Notes under the pieces: model-generated | Seen by the model: only the letters and a program-made list of their open reading frames with translations | Database searches by the model: none | Told to the model about the DNA's origin: nothing | Translations under genes and position numbers: made by a program | In this document: positions 10,317 to 21,283 of the stretch, piece after piece | Position numbering within the stretch: the stretch's first letter is position 1 | Layout: every line of letters starts with the position of its first letter | Source: Spirochaetota bacterium | GTDB taxonomy: Bacteria; Spirochaetota; UBA12135; COTS27; CBDBHE01 | Assembly (NCBI GenBank): GCA_965205605.1 | Contig: CBDBHE010000004.1 | Coordinates: 1 to 57,927 of the forward strand | Length of the DNA: 57,927 nt | Reading direction: 5' to 3'

Positions 10317-11004
10317 AACGTCTTTCTCTACACTGAAATTGATTAATGGCTTTATCTAAATCTTTTCTAGTAAAGTCAGGCCAAAACACCTTTGTAAAAT
10401 AAAGCTCTGTGTAAGCTAGTTGATATAATAAAAAATTACTAATACGAATATCTCCACCTGTTCTAATCAATAAATCAGGGTCTTTTATGATGCCTGTATC
10501 TAGGTATTTTTTAAAAGAATCTTCGTTGACATCTTCTAAAGGGATTTTTTTTTCTTGATGGTCGTGAAGACATTTTTTAACACCTCGAATAATTTCATTT
10601 CGGCCACCATAACTCAGTGCTATTTGTAAAAGGTATTTATCAAAATTTTTTGAATAATTCTCAGTTTTTGTAATGAGATTTTTTATTTCTTTTGAAAAAC
10701 GATCCGTGTCTCCTATAATTTTTATTTTAGTTTCTTTTTCAATAATTTTATTGATTTTCAATTTAAAAAAATTAATTAAAAGATTAAAAAGAATTTTCTT
10801 CTCTGCTTTAGAACGTTTCCAATTTTCACTTGAAAAAGCGTAAATTGTTACAATAGGAATTTTAAGTTGCTGACAATACTGTAAAATATCTTCAATTCTT
10901 TCCACTCCTTTTTGATGACCATAACCTCTAGTTTTTTTTTTTTTTATTGCCCAACGACCGTTCCCATCTAAAATAAAAGCGATATGTTTGGGATATGCCC
11001 TCAT
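10306..11004 (-). CDS. uppS: Undecaprenyl diphosphate synthase
   Basis: PKHIAFILDGNGRWA, FSSENWKR, YGGRNEI, DPDLLIRTGG.RISNFLL. Confidence 0.97.
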   Translation of the reverse strand: MRAYPKHIAFILDGNGRWAIKKKKTRGYGHQKGVERIEDILQYCQQLKIPIVTIYAFSSENWKRSKAEKKILFNLLINFFKLKINKIIEKETKIKIIGDTDRFSKEIKNLITKTENYSKNFDKYLLQIALSYGGRNEIIRGVKKCLHDHQEKKIPLEDVNEDSFKKYLDTGIIKDPDLLIRTGGDIRISNFLLYQLAYTELYFTKVFWPDFTRKDLDKAINQFQCRERRFGA

Positions 11005-11553
11005 TTAAATTGTTTCAATTTCACCTTTTTTATTACTAGTTGCATGATCGATTTGTTTAATATAGTCGTCTGTAAGATTTTGAATTTCTTTAATTCTAGT
11101 TTTTGATAAATCTTCACTTAAATCTTTTTCAGCTTTTATTTTTTCATTGCCATCTCTTCTAATATTTCTAATACTTATTTTACTTTCTTCTGCTTTTTCT
11201 TTTAAAATTTTTACAAACTTTGATCTTCTTTCTGTTGTTAAGTCAGGAATTGGTATAAAAAGCTGATTACCATCCACTCGAGGGTTTAAACCCAGCTTAT
11301 TATTTCGAACACTGTTATCAATACTGGCAACATTATTTTTATCCCAAACAGAAATATGAATTGTTTTTGGATCACTGGTAGTGATAGAAGCTAAATTTTT
11401 AATAGGTATTTTTTGATTATAAACTTCTACAACAAGGTCTTCTACAAGACTAGGAGAAGCTTGGCCGGTACGTATTGAGGAAAATTCTTTTTTTAAATTA
11501 GCAACACATTTTTGCATCTTTTCTTTTGCATTTTGATAAATTTCATTATCCAT
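11005..11553 (-). CDS. frr: Ribosome recycling factor
   Basis: IRTGQA, LTTERR, IRNIRRD motifs. Confidence 0.97.
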   Translation of the reverse strand: MDNEIYQNAKEKMQKCVANLKKEFSSIRTGQASPSLVEDLVVEVYNQKIPIKNLASITTSDPKTIHISVWDKNNVASIDNSVRNNKLGLNPRVDGNQLFIPIPDLTTERRSKFVKILKEKAEESKISIRNIRRDGNEKIKAEKDLSEDLSKTRIKEIQNLTDDYIKQIDHATSNKKGEIETI

Positions 11554-11593
11554 TTTTATTTTTTATTGTTAATTTCTATAAAAAAACAATGCC

Positions 11594-12440
11594 TTATTTA
11601 ATTTCAAATCTTTTATAAGATTGAATACTAATTTTAGTTTTTAATTCTTTTGAAAGAGAAATTTCAAGATCTTTTATTGTTAATTTTGGATTTTTTATAA
11701 AAAACATTTCTAAAAGACAATTTTCTGAAAAAAAATTTTTAAGTTTGCCTTCAACAATTTTTTCTTTAATATGTTTTGGCTTTTGATCATTTTCTATTTG
11801 TTTTAAGAAAATGTCTTTTTGTTCTTGCTTTTGTTGATGACTGATTTCTTCTTCTCTTAAAGCAATAGGGGACATCGCTGCTATTTGCATCGCGATATTT
11901 TTTCCAAATTCTTTTAATTTAACCTCTTCTTTTCTCATTACTTGTTGATCAGTTTCTATAGAAACTAAAACACCTACTTTTTTATTTGAATGTAAGTAAG
12001 AAGCAATAAAACCATTAGATTGCTCTAAACAAATTGCTTCAGAAACAATAATTTTTTCACCTGTTCTTGAAATACCTTTATTTAAAATATCTTTTAAAGC
12101 ATTTTTTTTTTAAAAAAGGATCCCCTTGTTTAATATAACCTTGGCCAATTTCTTTTACGATTTCATTAAATTCATTATTTTTTGCAACAAAATCAGTTTC
12201 ACAACAAACTTTAACAAGGTAGCCTTTTTTTTGATTATCCTTTATTTCTAAAAAAACAACTCCTTCTTTAGCCACTTTTCCTAAACGTTTCTCAGCAATT
12301 TCAAGTCCTTTTTCTTTTAAAATAACAATGGCTTTTTTCTTGTCTCCTTTGGCTTTAGTTAAAGCTTTTTTACATTCCATCATACCAATATTTGTAATGT
12401 CCCTTAGCTCTTTGACATCCATTGCTTTAATTTCACTCAT
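11594..12440 (-). CDS. tsf: Elongation factor Ts, split by a +1 frameshift in an A10 run (12102-12111)
   Basis: N-part VKELRDITNIGMMECKKAL, CETDFVAKN; C-part IAMQIAAM, GKLKNFFSENCLL; removing one A joins both ORFs via ...LKKNALKDILNKGISRTGEKI... Confidence 0.93.
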
Positions 12441-12476
12441 TTAAAAGAAATCCTTTTTTTAGACTAGTTTAATAAA

Positions 12477-13475
12477 TTAATTTTCTTTTTCTTTCTGCTT
12501 CTTTAGTAAAAATTTTAGTTTTTTTTCAGTTGGTTTAGCTGAGGCTTTAGCTTTTTGAGTGGCTTTTGAAGTTTCTTTTATTTCTAATTTAATTTTTTCA
12601 GATTTTTCTGACTCCTCTTTAAGCTTGATATCCTTTTTTTTTTCAATAGTTTCTTTTTCTATAGATTCAGCTTTATTTTTTAGTTCTTTTTCTTCTTTCT
12701 TTTCTTCCGTTATTGAAGAAGGCTGTGTATCTGTTTTAAACTCAGGAATTTCTTTATCTGAATGTTCAATTTCATTATTATTTAAAATCCCTTTTGCTTC
12801 AATAATCGCATCAGCAATATAAGTCGTAAATAAGTTAATCGCCCTAATCGCATCGTCATTACCTGGAATGACAACATCAATAAGCTCTGGATTTGCATTG
12901 GTATCAACTAAAGCAGCTATTGGAATTCTTTGTTTTCTTGCTTCCATGATGGTATTTTTTTCATAAAAAGCATCTACAATAAAAATTAAATCAGGTAGTT
13001 TTTCCATCTCTTTAATTCCACCAAATCTTTCTTCCATTTTGGCTTTTTTCTTAGATAAAGCAAAAAGTTCTTTTTTAGAATATTTTTTTTTCTCTTCTTC
13101 AGATGAAAAAATATCTTCCAGAAATTTCAAATAACTAATTGATTTTTTAACAACTTCAAAATTAGTTAAAAGCCCACCAATCCAACGATTAATAATGTAA
13201 TAATGCCCACATCGTTTGGCTTCTCTCATCACACTTTCTTTCGCTTGTTTTTTTGTCCCTACAAATAAAACTTTCCCCCCATTAACAACCACATTTCTTA
13301 CATGAAGATATGCTGCCCCCACTAATTTAAGAGTTTTTTGTAGATTAATAATATGAAGTCCTTTTCTTTTTAAAAAAATATATTTTGCCATCTTAGGATT
13401 CCAATTATTACTACGATGACCAAAATGCACACCTGCTTCTAAAAGTGCTTTCATTGTTATGCTTGCTAAACTCAA
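12477..13475 (-). CDS. rpsB: 30S ribosomal protein S2 with charged C-terminal extension
   Basis: LLEAGVHFGH, WNPKM, FVGTKKQA, DTNANP, PGNDDAIRAI; TTG start. Confidence 0.97.
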   Translation of the reverse strand: MSLASITMKALLEAGVHFGHRSNNWNPKMAKYIFLKRKGLHIINLQKTLKLVGAAYLHVRNVVVNGGKVLFVGTKKQAKESVMREAKRCGHYYIINRWIGGLLTNFEVVKKSISYLKFLEDIFSSEEEKKKYSKKELFALSKKKAKMEERFGGIKEMEKLPDLIFIVDAFYEKNTIMEARKQRIPIAALVDTNANPELIDVVIPGNDDAIRAINLFTTYIADAIIEAKGILNNNEIEHSDKEIPEFKTDTQPSSITEEKKEEKELKNKAESIEKETIEKKKDIKLKEESEKSEKIKLEIKETSKATQKAKASAKPTEKKLKFLLKKQKEKEN

Positions 13476-13627
13476 TTGATTACGGTTCCTTTTAAATTAA
13501 AGTTTCTCTTTTAAAGAGATATCGCTTAAAATTTACTATGCTATTTCTAATAAATCAACTTTAAATTACTTTTCTGATTCAACATTATATAATATTCTTT
13601 AAATTTATTTTTTAGAAATTTCGAAAA

Positions 13628-14470
13628 ATGCTGTTACTTTTTTATCAAAAAGCAAAAATTAAATCTTACTGTCAAAAACTTCTATTTCAAAAAAAAACCA
13701 TTGGGTTTGTGCCAACTATGGGTTCTTTGCATAAAGGACATCTTTCTATGATCGAAAAAGCTAAAAAAGAAAATGATGTGGTGGTGGTTTCTATTTTTGT
13801 TAATCCAACTCAATTTGAAGCTCACGAAGATTATGAATTTTATCCAAAAAATATCCAAAAAGACACTAAAAAAATAGAAGCATTAAAAGTAGATATTCTT
13901 TTCATTCCATCAAAAGATGATATTTATGAAAATAAACAAGAAACAATTTATATTACTAGTTTATTAACAAAATTATATTGTGGTATTTTTAGACCCCATC
14001 ATTTTGAAGGAGTTTTAAAAATAATAGCAAAATTATTTCATATTATTAATCCTTCAATTGCTTATTTTGGCCAAAAAGACTACCAACAATTTATTTTAAT
14101 TAAAAAAATGATCCAAGAACTCGACTTTTTTGTCAAAATAAAAGCTTGCACTACAATAAGAGACAAAAATGGACTTGCCTTATCAAGCCGAAATGAATAT
14201 CTTAATTATGAAGAAAAAAAAATTGCAGCTAATATTTACGCTTCCCTTAAAGAAATAAAAAAAATTAATGAAAAATTAAATATAAAAGAAATTAAAAAGA
14301 AAATAAAAAACTTTCTAAAAATGAAAAAAAAACTTAAAATTGATTATATATCTTTAGTAAACAAACATACTTTAGAAACACAGGAGGAAACAAATCATAA
14401 TAGTATTATTTTAATTGCTGTTTATTATAAAAAAGCTCGATTAATTGATAACATTACACTAAATATTTAA
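13628..14470 (+). CDS. panC: Pantoate-beta-alanine ligase
   Basis: GFVPTMGSLHKGH, SIFVNPTQF, RPHHFEGV, FGQKDYQQ, GLALSSRN, RLIDN. Confidence 0.97.
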   Translation: MLLLFYQKAKIKSYCQKLLFQKKTIGFVPTMGSLHKGHLSMIEKAKKENDVVVVSIFVNPTQFEAHEDYEFYPKNIQKDTKKIEALKVDILFIPSKDDIYENKQETIYITSLLTKLYCGIFRPHHFEGVLKIIAKLFHIINPSIAYFGQKDYQQFILIKKMIQELDFFVKIKACTTIRDKNGLALSSRNEYLNYEEKKIAANIYASLKEIKKINEKLNIKEIKKKIKNFLKMKKKLKIDYISLVNKHTLETQEETNHNSIILIAVYYKKARLIDNITLNI

Positions 14471-14473
14471 ATC

Positions 14474-15130
14474 ATGATTCTTGTTGAAGTAAATAATATT
14501 TCTGTAACAGATATGGGCTTTGTTATTTTTTTAAAAAATAACAAAGATAAACGATTTTTGCCTATTTTTATTAGTTCCCCAGAAGCCCAATCGATCTCAA
14601 TTACTTTAGAAGGAAACACATCAAAACGCCCTTTAACTCATGATTTAATAAAAAATATGCTTTCTACCTTAGGAAAAAAAGTAGATAAAGTCGTCATAGA
14701 TCGGGTTTATCAAAATACTTTTTATGCCAAAATTTACCTTGAACCTAAACATTTACTAAAAAAAAGCCTTCGAAGTAAAAAAACAGAACTTGATGCCAGA
14801 CCTTCTGATGCCATCGCAATTGCACTTCGTTTTGGTTCTAATATTTATGTTTCAGAAGATGTTTTTGAAACCTATGCTATTTTAATTAAACATTTAAATA
14901 TTGAGACAATCAAAAAAGAAGATGTTGAAAGTAGCTTTTTAGAAAATCCTTTAGTTGATCAAAAAAAAACATTAAAAGGCAAAGATTCTAGTTTAGAAGA
15001 TGTTAATAAAAAAATAAGCATTTATAAAAAAATGTTAAAAGACTCCATCAAACAAGAAAACTTTGAAGAAGCCGCTAAATTACGCGATCAAATTGAAGTT
15101 CTTATTAAGAAATTAAATCAATCTACTTAA
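14474..15130 (+). CDS. Bifunctional nuclease (DUF151) with C-terminal UVR domain
   Basis: LPIFI, RPLTHDL, DARPSDAIAIAL; ENFEEAAKLRDQI UVR motif. Confidence 0.92.
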   Translation: MILVEVNNISVTDMGFVIFLKNNKDKRFLPIFISSPEAQSISITLEGNTSKRPLTHDLIKNMLSTLGKKVDKVVIDRVYQNTFYAKIYLEPKHLLKKSLRSKKTELDARPSDAIAIALRFGSNIYVSEDVFETYAILIKHLNIETIKKEDVESSFLENPLVDQKKTLKGKDSSLEDVNKKISIYKKMLKDSIKQENFEEAAKLRDQIEVLIKKLNQST

Positions 15131-15271
15131 GTCTTTATTTTTTAAAGATTACACTTATTAAAATTCATTATAAAAATATTTAATTTTTAACTTTATTTTT
15201 CCGTTTATACTTATAGGGGCTTTTTTTACTTTAAAAAAAGAAAGCACATAATTATATTAGATTAATTTATA

Positions 15272-16378
15272 ATGATTTTAAAACTAAAGTTTTTCAATTT
15301 TTATTCTTTTTATTTATTAATTATTTGTTTATTGATTAGCTCTTGTACTAATTCTTCCTCTAAACAAAAAGATTTTTTAGAAAATATTTTAGAAAATCAA
15401 TCTAGAAAAGAATCTGAAAATATCATTGTATTAACTAATAATCAAACGAACAAAACAAATATCACAACAATCAATCGTTCAATTAGTAATGAATCAGGTA
15501 ATGATTTGTTAAATATTTTTTCATTAAATGAATCTAGTCCTCAAGCAGTTGTAAAAGAAGAAGTAACAGGGGAGGCCAAAGTAAAAAATAATCAAGACAA
15601 AGATGATAAGCGTCTTACAGAAGCAGAAGTTTTTATAGAAGAAGAGGATAATCATCTTATTATTTCAGATTTTACTTTAAGTGATATTAGAGATCTTTAT
15701 AAGAAAGGACATTATAAAAAAATTACTGATTTAAATTTCAATAAAGGTGATTTGAAAAAACGTTATTATCAAGCTTTGTCTTACTATTGCTTAACGATGG
15801 CTACTTATAATAGAAGATTAAAAAATTCTTATATTCAAAAAACTAAAGCAATCCTTCAAAAAATTAGCGATCAAACTTCTAATAAAGAGCTTAAAGCCAA
15901 AAGTTTTTTATGGTATGGGATTGTGCTTTTTCGTTATTCTAATAAAAGAGATGATTTTCAAAAAATATTAAAACCATTTTTGCATATTCGAAATCATTTA
16001 AAAGAAACTCGTTGTTATAATGATGCTTTATTTTATTCTGCTTTGCTTTATCAAAAGCATAAAAAGTATCCAGAAGCTTTGAAATTTTACAGGAAATTAG
16101 AAAACACTTCAAGGAATAATTTGATTTATGATTTTAAAGTAAAAAAAATGGTTTCACCTCAAAAAGCTTGTGCTTATTATATGAAGAAAATTAATTTTTA
16201 TTATCAACCAAATACAAAAATAAATAAAAAAAAAGAAACAATCGTTATTAATCAATTTAAATCTAAACCGACTACTTTTAAAAAGAAAACAGCTGAGTTA
16301 AAAAAAACAATTTTTCCTTCTAAAGAAAAAAAAGAGGTAAACGAAGCTTCTCCTTTAGAAGAAAGTTTTAATTGGTGA
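15272..16378 (+). CDS. Putative lipoprotein with TPR-like helices
   Basis: Signal with lipobox LLISSC; DALFYSALLYQKHKKYPEALKFYRKL TPR-like. Confidence 0.65.
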   Translation: MILKLKFFNFYSFYLLIICLLISSCTNSSSKQKDFLENILENQSRKESENIIVLTNNQTNKTNITTINRSISNESGNDLLNIFSLNESSPQAVVKEEVTGEAKVKNNQDKDDKRLTEAEVFIEEEDNHLIISDFTLSDIRDLYKKGHYKKITDLNFNKGDLKKRYYQALSYYCLTMATYNRRLKNSYIQKTKAILQKISDQTSNKELKAKSFLWYGIVLFRYSNKRDDFQKILKPFLHIRNHLKETRCYNDALFYSALLYQKHKKYPEALKFYRKLENTSRNNLIYDFKVKKMVSPQKACAYYMKKINFYYQPNTKINKKKETIVINQFKSKPTTFKKKTAELKKTIFPSKEKKEVNEASPLEESFNW

Positions 16379-16487
16379 TATTTTAAAAAATGAAATCTTT
16401 AAATAAAAAAGCTTCTCTTTGCTTAAAATTGACTCATCATTTATTAAATAAAAAAAAATCTTTGGGAACCTTAGAAAAAATAATTAA

Positions 16488-17351
16488 TCATATGGTCTCA
16501 TCTTTTAAATAGGAAGAGTAACTTGAGTTTGGCTCTTTTCTTTCTTCAAAAACTAGTTTTTTTAAATCCTCTTCATTAATTTCATCAATTTTTTTTTCTT
16601 TTAAAATACTTGTATTTAAAACAAGGTGAAAAAAATATTCTTGATTGCCTTTAGTGCCTTTTATAGGTGAAAAACAAGCATTTAGAACGGCTAACTGATG
16701 CTCCATACAAAAAGAAAAGATTTGCTTTAAAACTAACAAATGACTGTCTTTATTAAGAATAATACCTCCTTTAGGAACAAGGCGGCGTTTTAATTCAAAC
16801 TGAGGTTTAATAAGTGTGACTAAATGAATGAGATGGTTGTTTAAAAAAGAATCAACGATGTGTTTTAAAATTTTAGTAATTGAAATAAAAGAAACATCTA
16901 TCACAACAATTTCAATATTTTTTTCAGTAAATTCTTTTGATAAATAGCGGGCATTTGTTTTTTCAAAAACAGCTACTTTAGGATTTGTTCTAATTTTATA
17001 ATGGAGTTGATTAGTCCCACTATCAATCGCATATACTTTTTTAGCATTTCTTTGTAATAGGCAATCTGTAAAGCCTCCAGCAGAAGATCCAATATCAAGG
17101 CAGACTTTACCATTAGGATCAATTTTAAACTGCTCCAATGCTTTCTCAAGCTTAAGGCCTCCTCTTGAAACATAAGGCGGTTTTTTTTTAAGTCTAATGT
17201 CGGCATTTTCAATCACTAAAGCTGATGCTTTGGTTAGTTTTATATCATTAACAAGGACTTCACCTGCTAAGATAAGGGCACGAGCTTTTTCTTTGTTTTT
17301 AGCCAACCCTTTTGAATGAAGGAGTAAATCAAGTCGTTTTTTCTTAAGCAG
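16488..17351 (-). CDS. tlyA: TlyA family rRNA methyltransferase (start probably upstream of the ORF-track start at 17306)
   Basis: [48 protein letters not shown]; in-frame upstream KKRLDLLL S4-domain motif. Confidence 0.92.
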   Translation of the reverse strand: MLKKKRLDLLLHSKGLAKNKEKARALILAGEVLVNDIKLTKASALVIENADIRLKKKPPYVSRGGLKLEKALEQFKIDPNGKVCLDIGSSAGGFTDCLLQRNAKKVYAIDSGTNQLHYKIRTNPKVAVFEKTNARYLSKEFTEKNIEIVVIDVSFISITKILKHIVDSFLNNHLIHLVTLIKPQFELKRRLVPKGGIILNKDSHLLVLKQIFSFCMEHQLAVLNACFSPIKGTKGNQEYFFHLVLNTSILKEKKIDEINEEDLKKLVFEERKEPNSSYSSYLKDETI

Positions 17352-18588
17352 ATTTGTTTTTGGATTTTTTTTTATTAAAGGGGTAAAAAAAGTGATTTTT
17401 TAAAATATTTTTTTTACTTAAAATGATTTTATAGCCTATTTTTTCTGGAGCTTCATAAATAATTTCTAACATAAAGCTTTCAATAATACTTCTTAAAGCT
17501 CGACCTCCTGTTTGGACTTTTAAAGCTTGTTCTGCAATATAGTCTAAAGCATCTTCTTTTATTTCTAGATGAAGACCAATCAGTTTTAATAAGATTTCAT
17601 ATTGTTTTAAAATAGAGTTTTTGGGTTTTATAAGAATACTTTTAAGGGCTTCTGGAGTTAACTTTTTTAAGGAAGTGACAATCGGCAGTCTTCCAACTAA
17701 TTCTGGTATAAGACCATACTTAATTAAATCATCAATATTAACTTGAGAAAAAAAATTTTCTTTAGAAAGGTTTTCACTTTTTTTAGCTTGAAACCCAATA
17801 GACGATTTTTGAATACGATTACTAATAATTTTATCTAAACCAATAAAGGCTCCACCACATATAAAAAGAATATTTTTAGTATCAATATCAATATTTTGGC
17901 TCTGTGGATGTTTTCTGCCTCCTTTAATAGGAACAGAAGCAATGGTCCCTTCAATAATTTTTAATAAAGCTTGCTGAACTCCTTCCCCTGAAACATCCCT
18001 TGTAATGGAGGGGTTTTCACTTTTACGTCCTATTTTATCAATTTCATCGATAAAAATAATTCCTTTTTCAGCTTTTTTAACGTCAAAATCAGCATTTTGC
18101 ATTAAGCGTAAAAGAATATTTTCAACATCATCACCTACATAACCAGCTTCTGTAAGAGTGGTAGCATCTGCGATAGCAAAAGGAACGTTAATAATTTTAG
18201 CAATTGTAGAAGCAAGTAAGGTTTTTCCTGTACCACTTTCTCCTATAATGAGAATATTAGATTTGTCTAATTCAATTTGATGACTTTGAGTTATTTTATA
18301 ATTATGAAGAATGCGATTATAATGATTGTAAATAATAACAGAGAGAGTCTTTTTAGCTTCTTCTTGAAAAATAACATAGTCATCTAGTTTTTTGTGAATT
18401 TCTTTTGGGGTAGGGAAGCGTTGTTGATTTTCTGATAAGGCTTTTCTTTCTTCGTCTAATTTTTTGTTAATGACTTCTGTAGACTTAAAAACACAATCCA
18501 TGCAAATATAAGCTTTTTTCCCTGCAATAATATGAGAAGCTTCGCTTTTAGATTTTCCACAAAATGAACAAAAAATAAATTCATTCAA
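17344..18588 (-). CDS. clpX: ATP-dependent Clp protease ATP-binding subunit ClpX
   Basis: CSFCGK zinc finger, [37 protein letters not shown] loop. Confidence 0.98.
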   Translation of the reverse strand: MNEFIFCSFCGKSKSEASHIIAGKKAYICMDCVFKSTEVINKKLDEERKALSENQQRFPTPKEIHKKLDDYVIFQEEAKKTLSVIIYNHYNRILHNYKITQSHQIELDKSNILIIGESGTGKTLLASTIAKIINVPFAIADATTLTEAGYVGDDVENILLRLMQNADFDVKKAEKGIIFIDEIDKIGRKSENPSITRDVSGEGVQQALLKIIEGTIASVPIKGGRKHPQSQNIDIDTKNILFICGGAFIGLDKIISNRIQKSSIGFQAKKSENLSKENFFSQVNIDDLIKYGLIPELVGRLPIVTSLKKLTPEALKSILIKPKNSILKQYEILLKLIGLHLEIKEDALDYIAEQALKVQTGGRALRSIIESFMLEIIYEAPEKIGYKIILSKKNILKNHFFYPFNKKKSKNKSA

Positions 18589-18589
18589 A

Positions 18590-19174
18590 TTATTTTCTCT
18601 TGGTAATCACTTCATCAATAATACCATATTCTTTTGCTTCATCTGCAGAAAAAAAATGATCTCTATCGGTGTCTTTTTCAATTAAATCGATGGATTTTTT
18701 AGTATGGTTAGCTAAAATTTCATTTAATAGTTTTTTATACCGAAGGGTTTCTTTTATCTGAATTTCTAAATCACTTGCTTGTCCTTGAGCACCTCCACTA
18801 GGCTGATGAATCATAATACGGCTATGCTTGGTTGCAGAACGTTTGCCTCCTTTACCAGCAGTTAATAACAAAGCTCCCATTGAAGCCGCTTGTCCAATAC
18901 ACAACGTATTGATGTCACATTTAATGTATTGCATCGTATCATAGATACCCAGTCCTGCAGAAACCAATCCACCTGGACTATTAACATACAAATAAATATC
19001 TTTTTCACTATCTTGAGACTCTAAAAACAAAAGCTGAGCGATAATAATACTAGCAGAATGATCACTAACTTCTCCATCTAAAAAAATAATACGATCTTTT
19101 AAAAGTCTAGAATAAATATCATATTGAGCTTCTCCTCGACTTGTTTGTTCAATAACGTAGGGAATGGGCATCAT
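18590..19174 (-). CDS. clpP: Clp protease proteolytic subunit
   Basis: [33 protein letters not shown]. Confidence 0.98.
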   Translation of the reverse strand: MMPIPYVIEQTSRGEAQYDIYSRLLKDRIIFLDGEVSDHSASIIIAQLLFLESQDSEKDIYLYVNSPGGLVSAGLGIYDTMQYIKCDINTLCIGQAASMGALLLTAGKGGKRSATKHSRIMIHQPSGGAQGQASDLEIQIKETLRYKKLLNEILANHTKKSIDLIEKDTDRDHFFSADEAKEYGIIDEVITKRK

Positions 19175-19207
19175 AAACTCCTTATAAGTAATTTTTATAA
19201 AAAAACT

Positions 19208-20539
19208 TTATAAAACAGAAATTTCCTGAATATTTAACTTCTTACCTTTTTTTAAGGTAACTTTTTTTAATAAAAAGTCAATTGTTTCTTGCTTTTTAAG
19301 GTTATTCTTTAAATAAGTATACGCACCACTTTTAATCATTTCTTTTCGTTGATCAGCATAAGGCTTATTTTGAGCAGAAGCGGTTTTTTTAATTTCTTCT
19401 TCCAAGCTTTCTTCGGTAATTTCAATATTTTGATCTTCAATAAGTTTTGAAATAAGAATTTCATTCTTAATATTTTCTTGAGCTATTGCTTCGTATTTTT
19501 TTTCAAAATCTTCTAAGGTTTTGTTTTGTTCTTTTAAAAGAGAGTGTAAAGCTACTTGATCGTTATTAAAGTTGTTTTTAAACTCTGTCATATAACTATC
19601 GGTAAGCATTTTGATAGCTGACTTAGGTATTTCAAAAAGAGCATTTTTCTTAATCTCTTCAATTAATGTACTTCTTTTTTTCTCTTGCAACTTATCAGTT
19701 GCCCATTTTTCTAAATTTGTTTTTAATTCTTTTCGCATATTTTCTTCAGAAGAATACCCCATTTCTTTTAAAAGAGAATCTGTAATTTTAGGTAAATTGA
19801 TTTTTTGTACTTTTATTACTTTGATTTCTAAATCAAGTATTTTTCCAGCTAAATCTTGATCTGTATAATCTTTTTCAATTTTTTTGGTGATAGTTTTACT
19901 TTCATTTGCTTTCATACCAATTAATTGCTTTTTAATCGAAAAAGGATCCGTCGCTAAAGACTCATCCATACTAATAAACTGATTTTTAAAAGATTTGTTT
20001 TTAAGAGAGGGGTCTAAAAAATCAATATCAATATAAGCAACACTATCTTTATCTTTAACACTTTCAATATCTTCAAATTCACCCTTTGCTTTCATTAAGG
20101 CTCCTTTGATTTCAACTTCGACATCTTTTTCTTCGATTAGAAAATCATTGTTTTCAATTTCAACTTTTTTATTATAATTAATTTTGCAAGAAGGAGAACG
20201 ATCCACTGAGATTTGAATATTAAGGGGTTTTTTTGCTTCATATTTAGAAACATTTTCTGCAACAGGTTGCCCAAAAGGCTTTAGTTTTTGAATTTTAATC
20301 GCTTCATCATATGCTTTTGGGAGTGTTTTCTCTATGACTCGGCTTTTGATAGAATCTTGAAATTTTTTTTCTATTATATCTAAAGGAATTTTTCCTTTTC
20401 TAAATCCTGGTAAAGAAATTTGTTTACTCAGTTCTTTTTTGACAGTTTCATACTCAGCTTCTAAAACTTCATATGGCACATCAATATGGAGCTTGATTTT
20501 GCAATCTTTAGTATTTTCATGCTTTACTTTAAGGTTCAT
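19208..20539 (-). CDS. tig: Trigger factor
   Basis: PGFRKGK signature; tig-clpP-clpX synteny. Confidence 0.93.
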   Translation of the reverse strand: MNLKVKHENTKDCKIKLHIDVPYEVLEAEYETVKKELSKQISLPGFRKGKIPLDIIEKKFQDSIKSRVIEKTLPKAYDEAIKIQKLKPFGQPVAENVSKYEAKKPLNIQISVDRSPSCKINYNKKVEIENNDFLIEEKDVEVEIKGALMKAKGEFEDIESVKDKDSVAYIDIDFLDPSLKNKSFKNQFISMDESLATDPFSIKKQLIGMKANESKTITKKIEKDYTDQDLAGKILDLEIKVIKVQKINLPKITDSLLKEMGYSSEENMRKELKTNLEKWATDKLQEKKRSTLIEEIKKNALFEIPKSAIKMLTDSYMTEFKNNFNNDQVALHSLLKEQNKTLEDFEKKYEAIAQENIKNEILISKLIEDQNIEITEESLEEEIKKTASAQNKPYADQRKEMIKSGAYTYLKNNLKKQETIDFLLKKVTLKKGKKLNIQEISVL

Positions 20540-21283
20540 AAAATTCTAATATAATCATAACATCAAATTTTTAGTTACAAAAGAAGAAGCTTACTATTCT
20601 AATAACAAATTTTCATAAAAAAAATCTGAAAAAACAAATTGAAATTTTAATTTTCTCTTCATTTAACAAAGATTCTGTAAGATAAAAATCGTCAGCTATA
20701 ATAAAAATCTTAAGAATAAAGAAATTGCTAAAAATAAGCCCAAGTATTTACTACAAAACGACATTAAAAATTATTGACAAAGTCTACTAAAAAAACTCCC
20801 TTCAATAAGAAAAATTCCTAACCTCTCTAAATTTAAGTGCTCTACAATATAATCTTTAATTTAGCCGAATAGATGAGGAGTGGAAAGTGACAAAATTAAT
20901 TGAAAAATTAGAAAGACTCATTTTTATTTTATGAATTATTTTAGGGGTTTTTGGTTTTTTTTCTTTTATTAGGAAGAAAGATTGGAAAATCAAAACAATA
21001 AAACAAGCAAGCAAAAAAACCACTGCACTTAAGTAAGTAAAAAGTAAAGCAAGAATAACTGAGATGAAAAAATTAAAGTCATTGGAAAAGAAGGAATGAA
21101 ATAGAGTTAAAAGTAGAGTGGTATGAGGAAATAGGTATAAAATTGTTTTAATACGGTGGTACTGCCAAGATAGGCATATTTTTCTATAGATGTTATTCTG
21201 TTTTAGAAGAACAAATATTTAAACATCTTAATAGAGTTTAATGTTAGAATACCCTATATTTTTATTAAAATTAGGAGCTTACT

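Noticed and set aside
20540-21283. tRNA or ncRNA upstream of tig
   Set aside because: No cloverleaf, T-loop GTTCGA or GC-rich structured stretch visible
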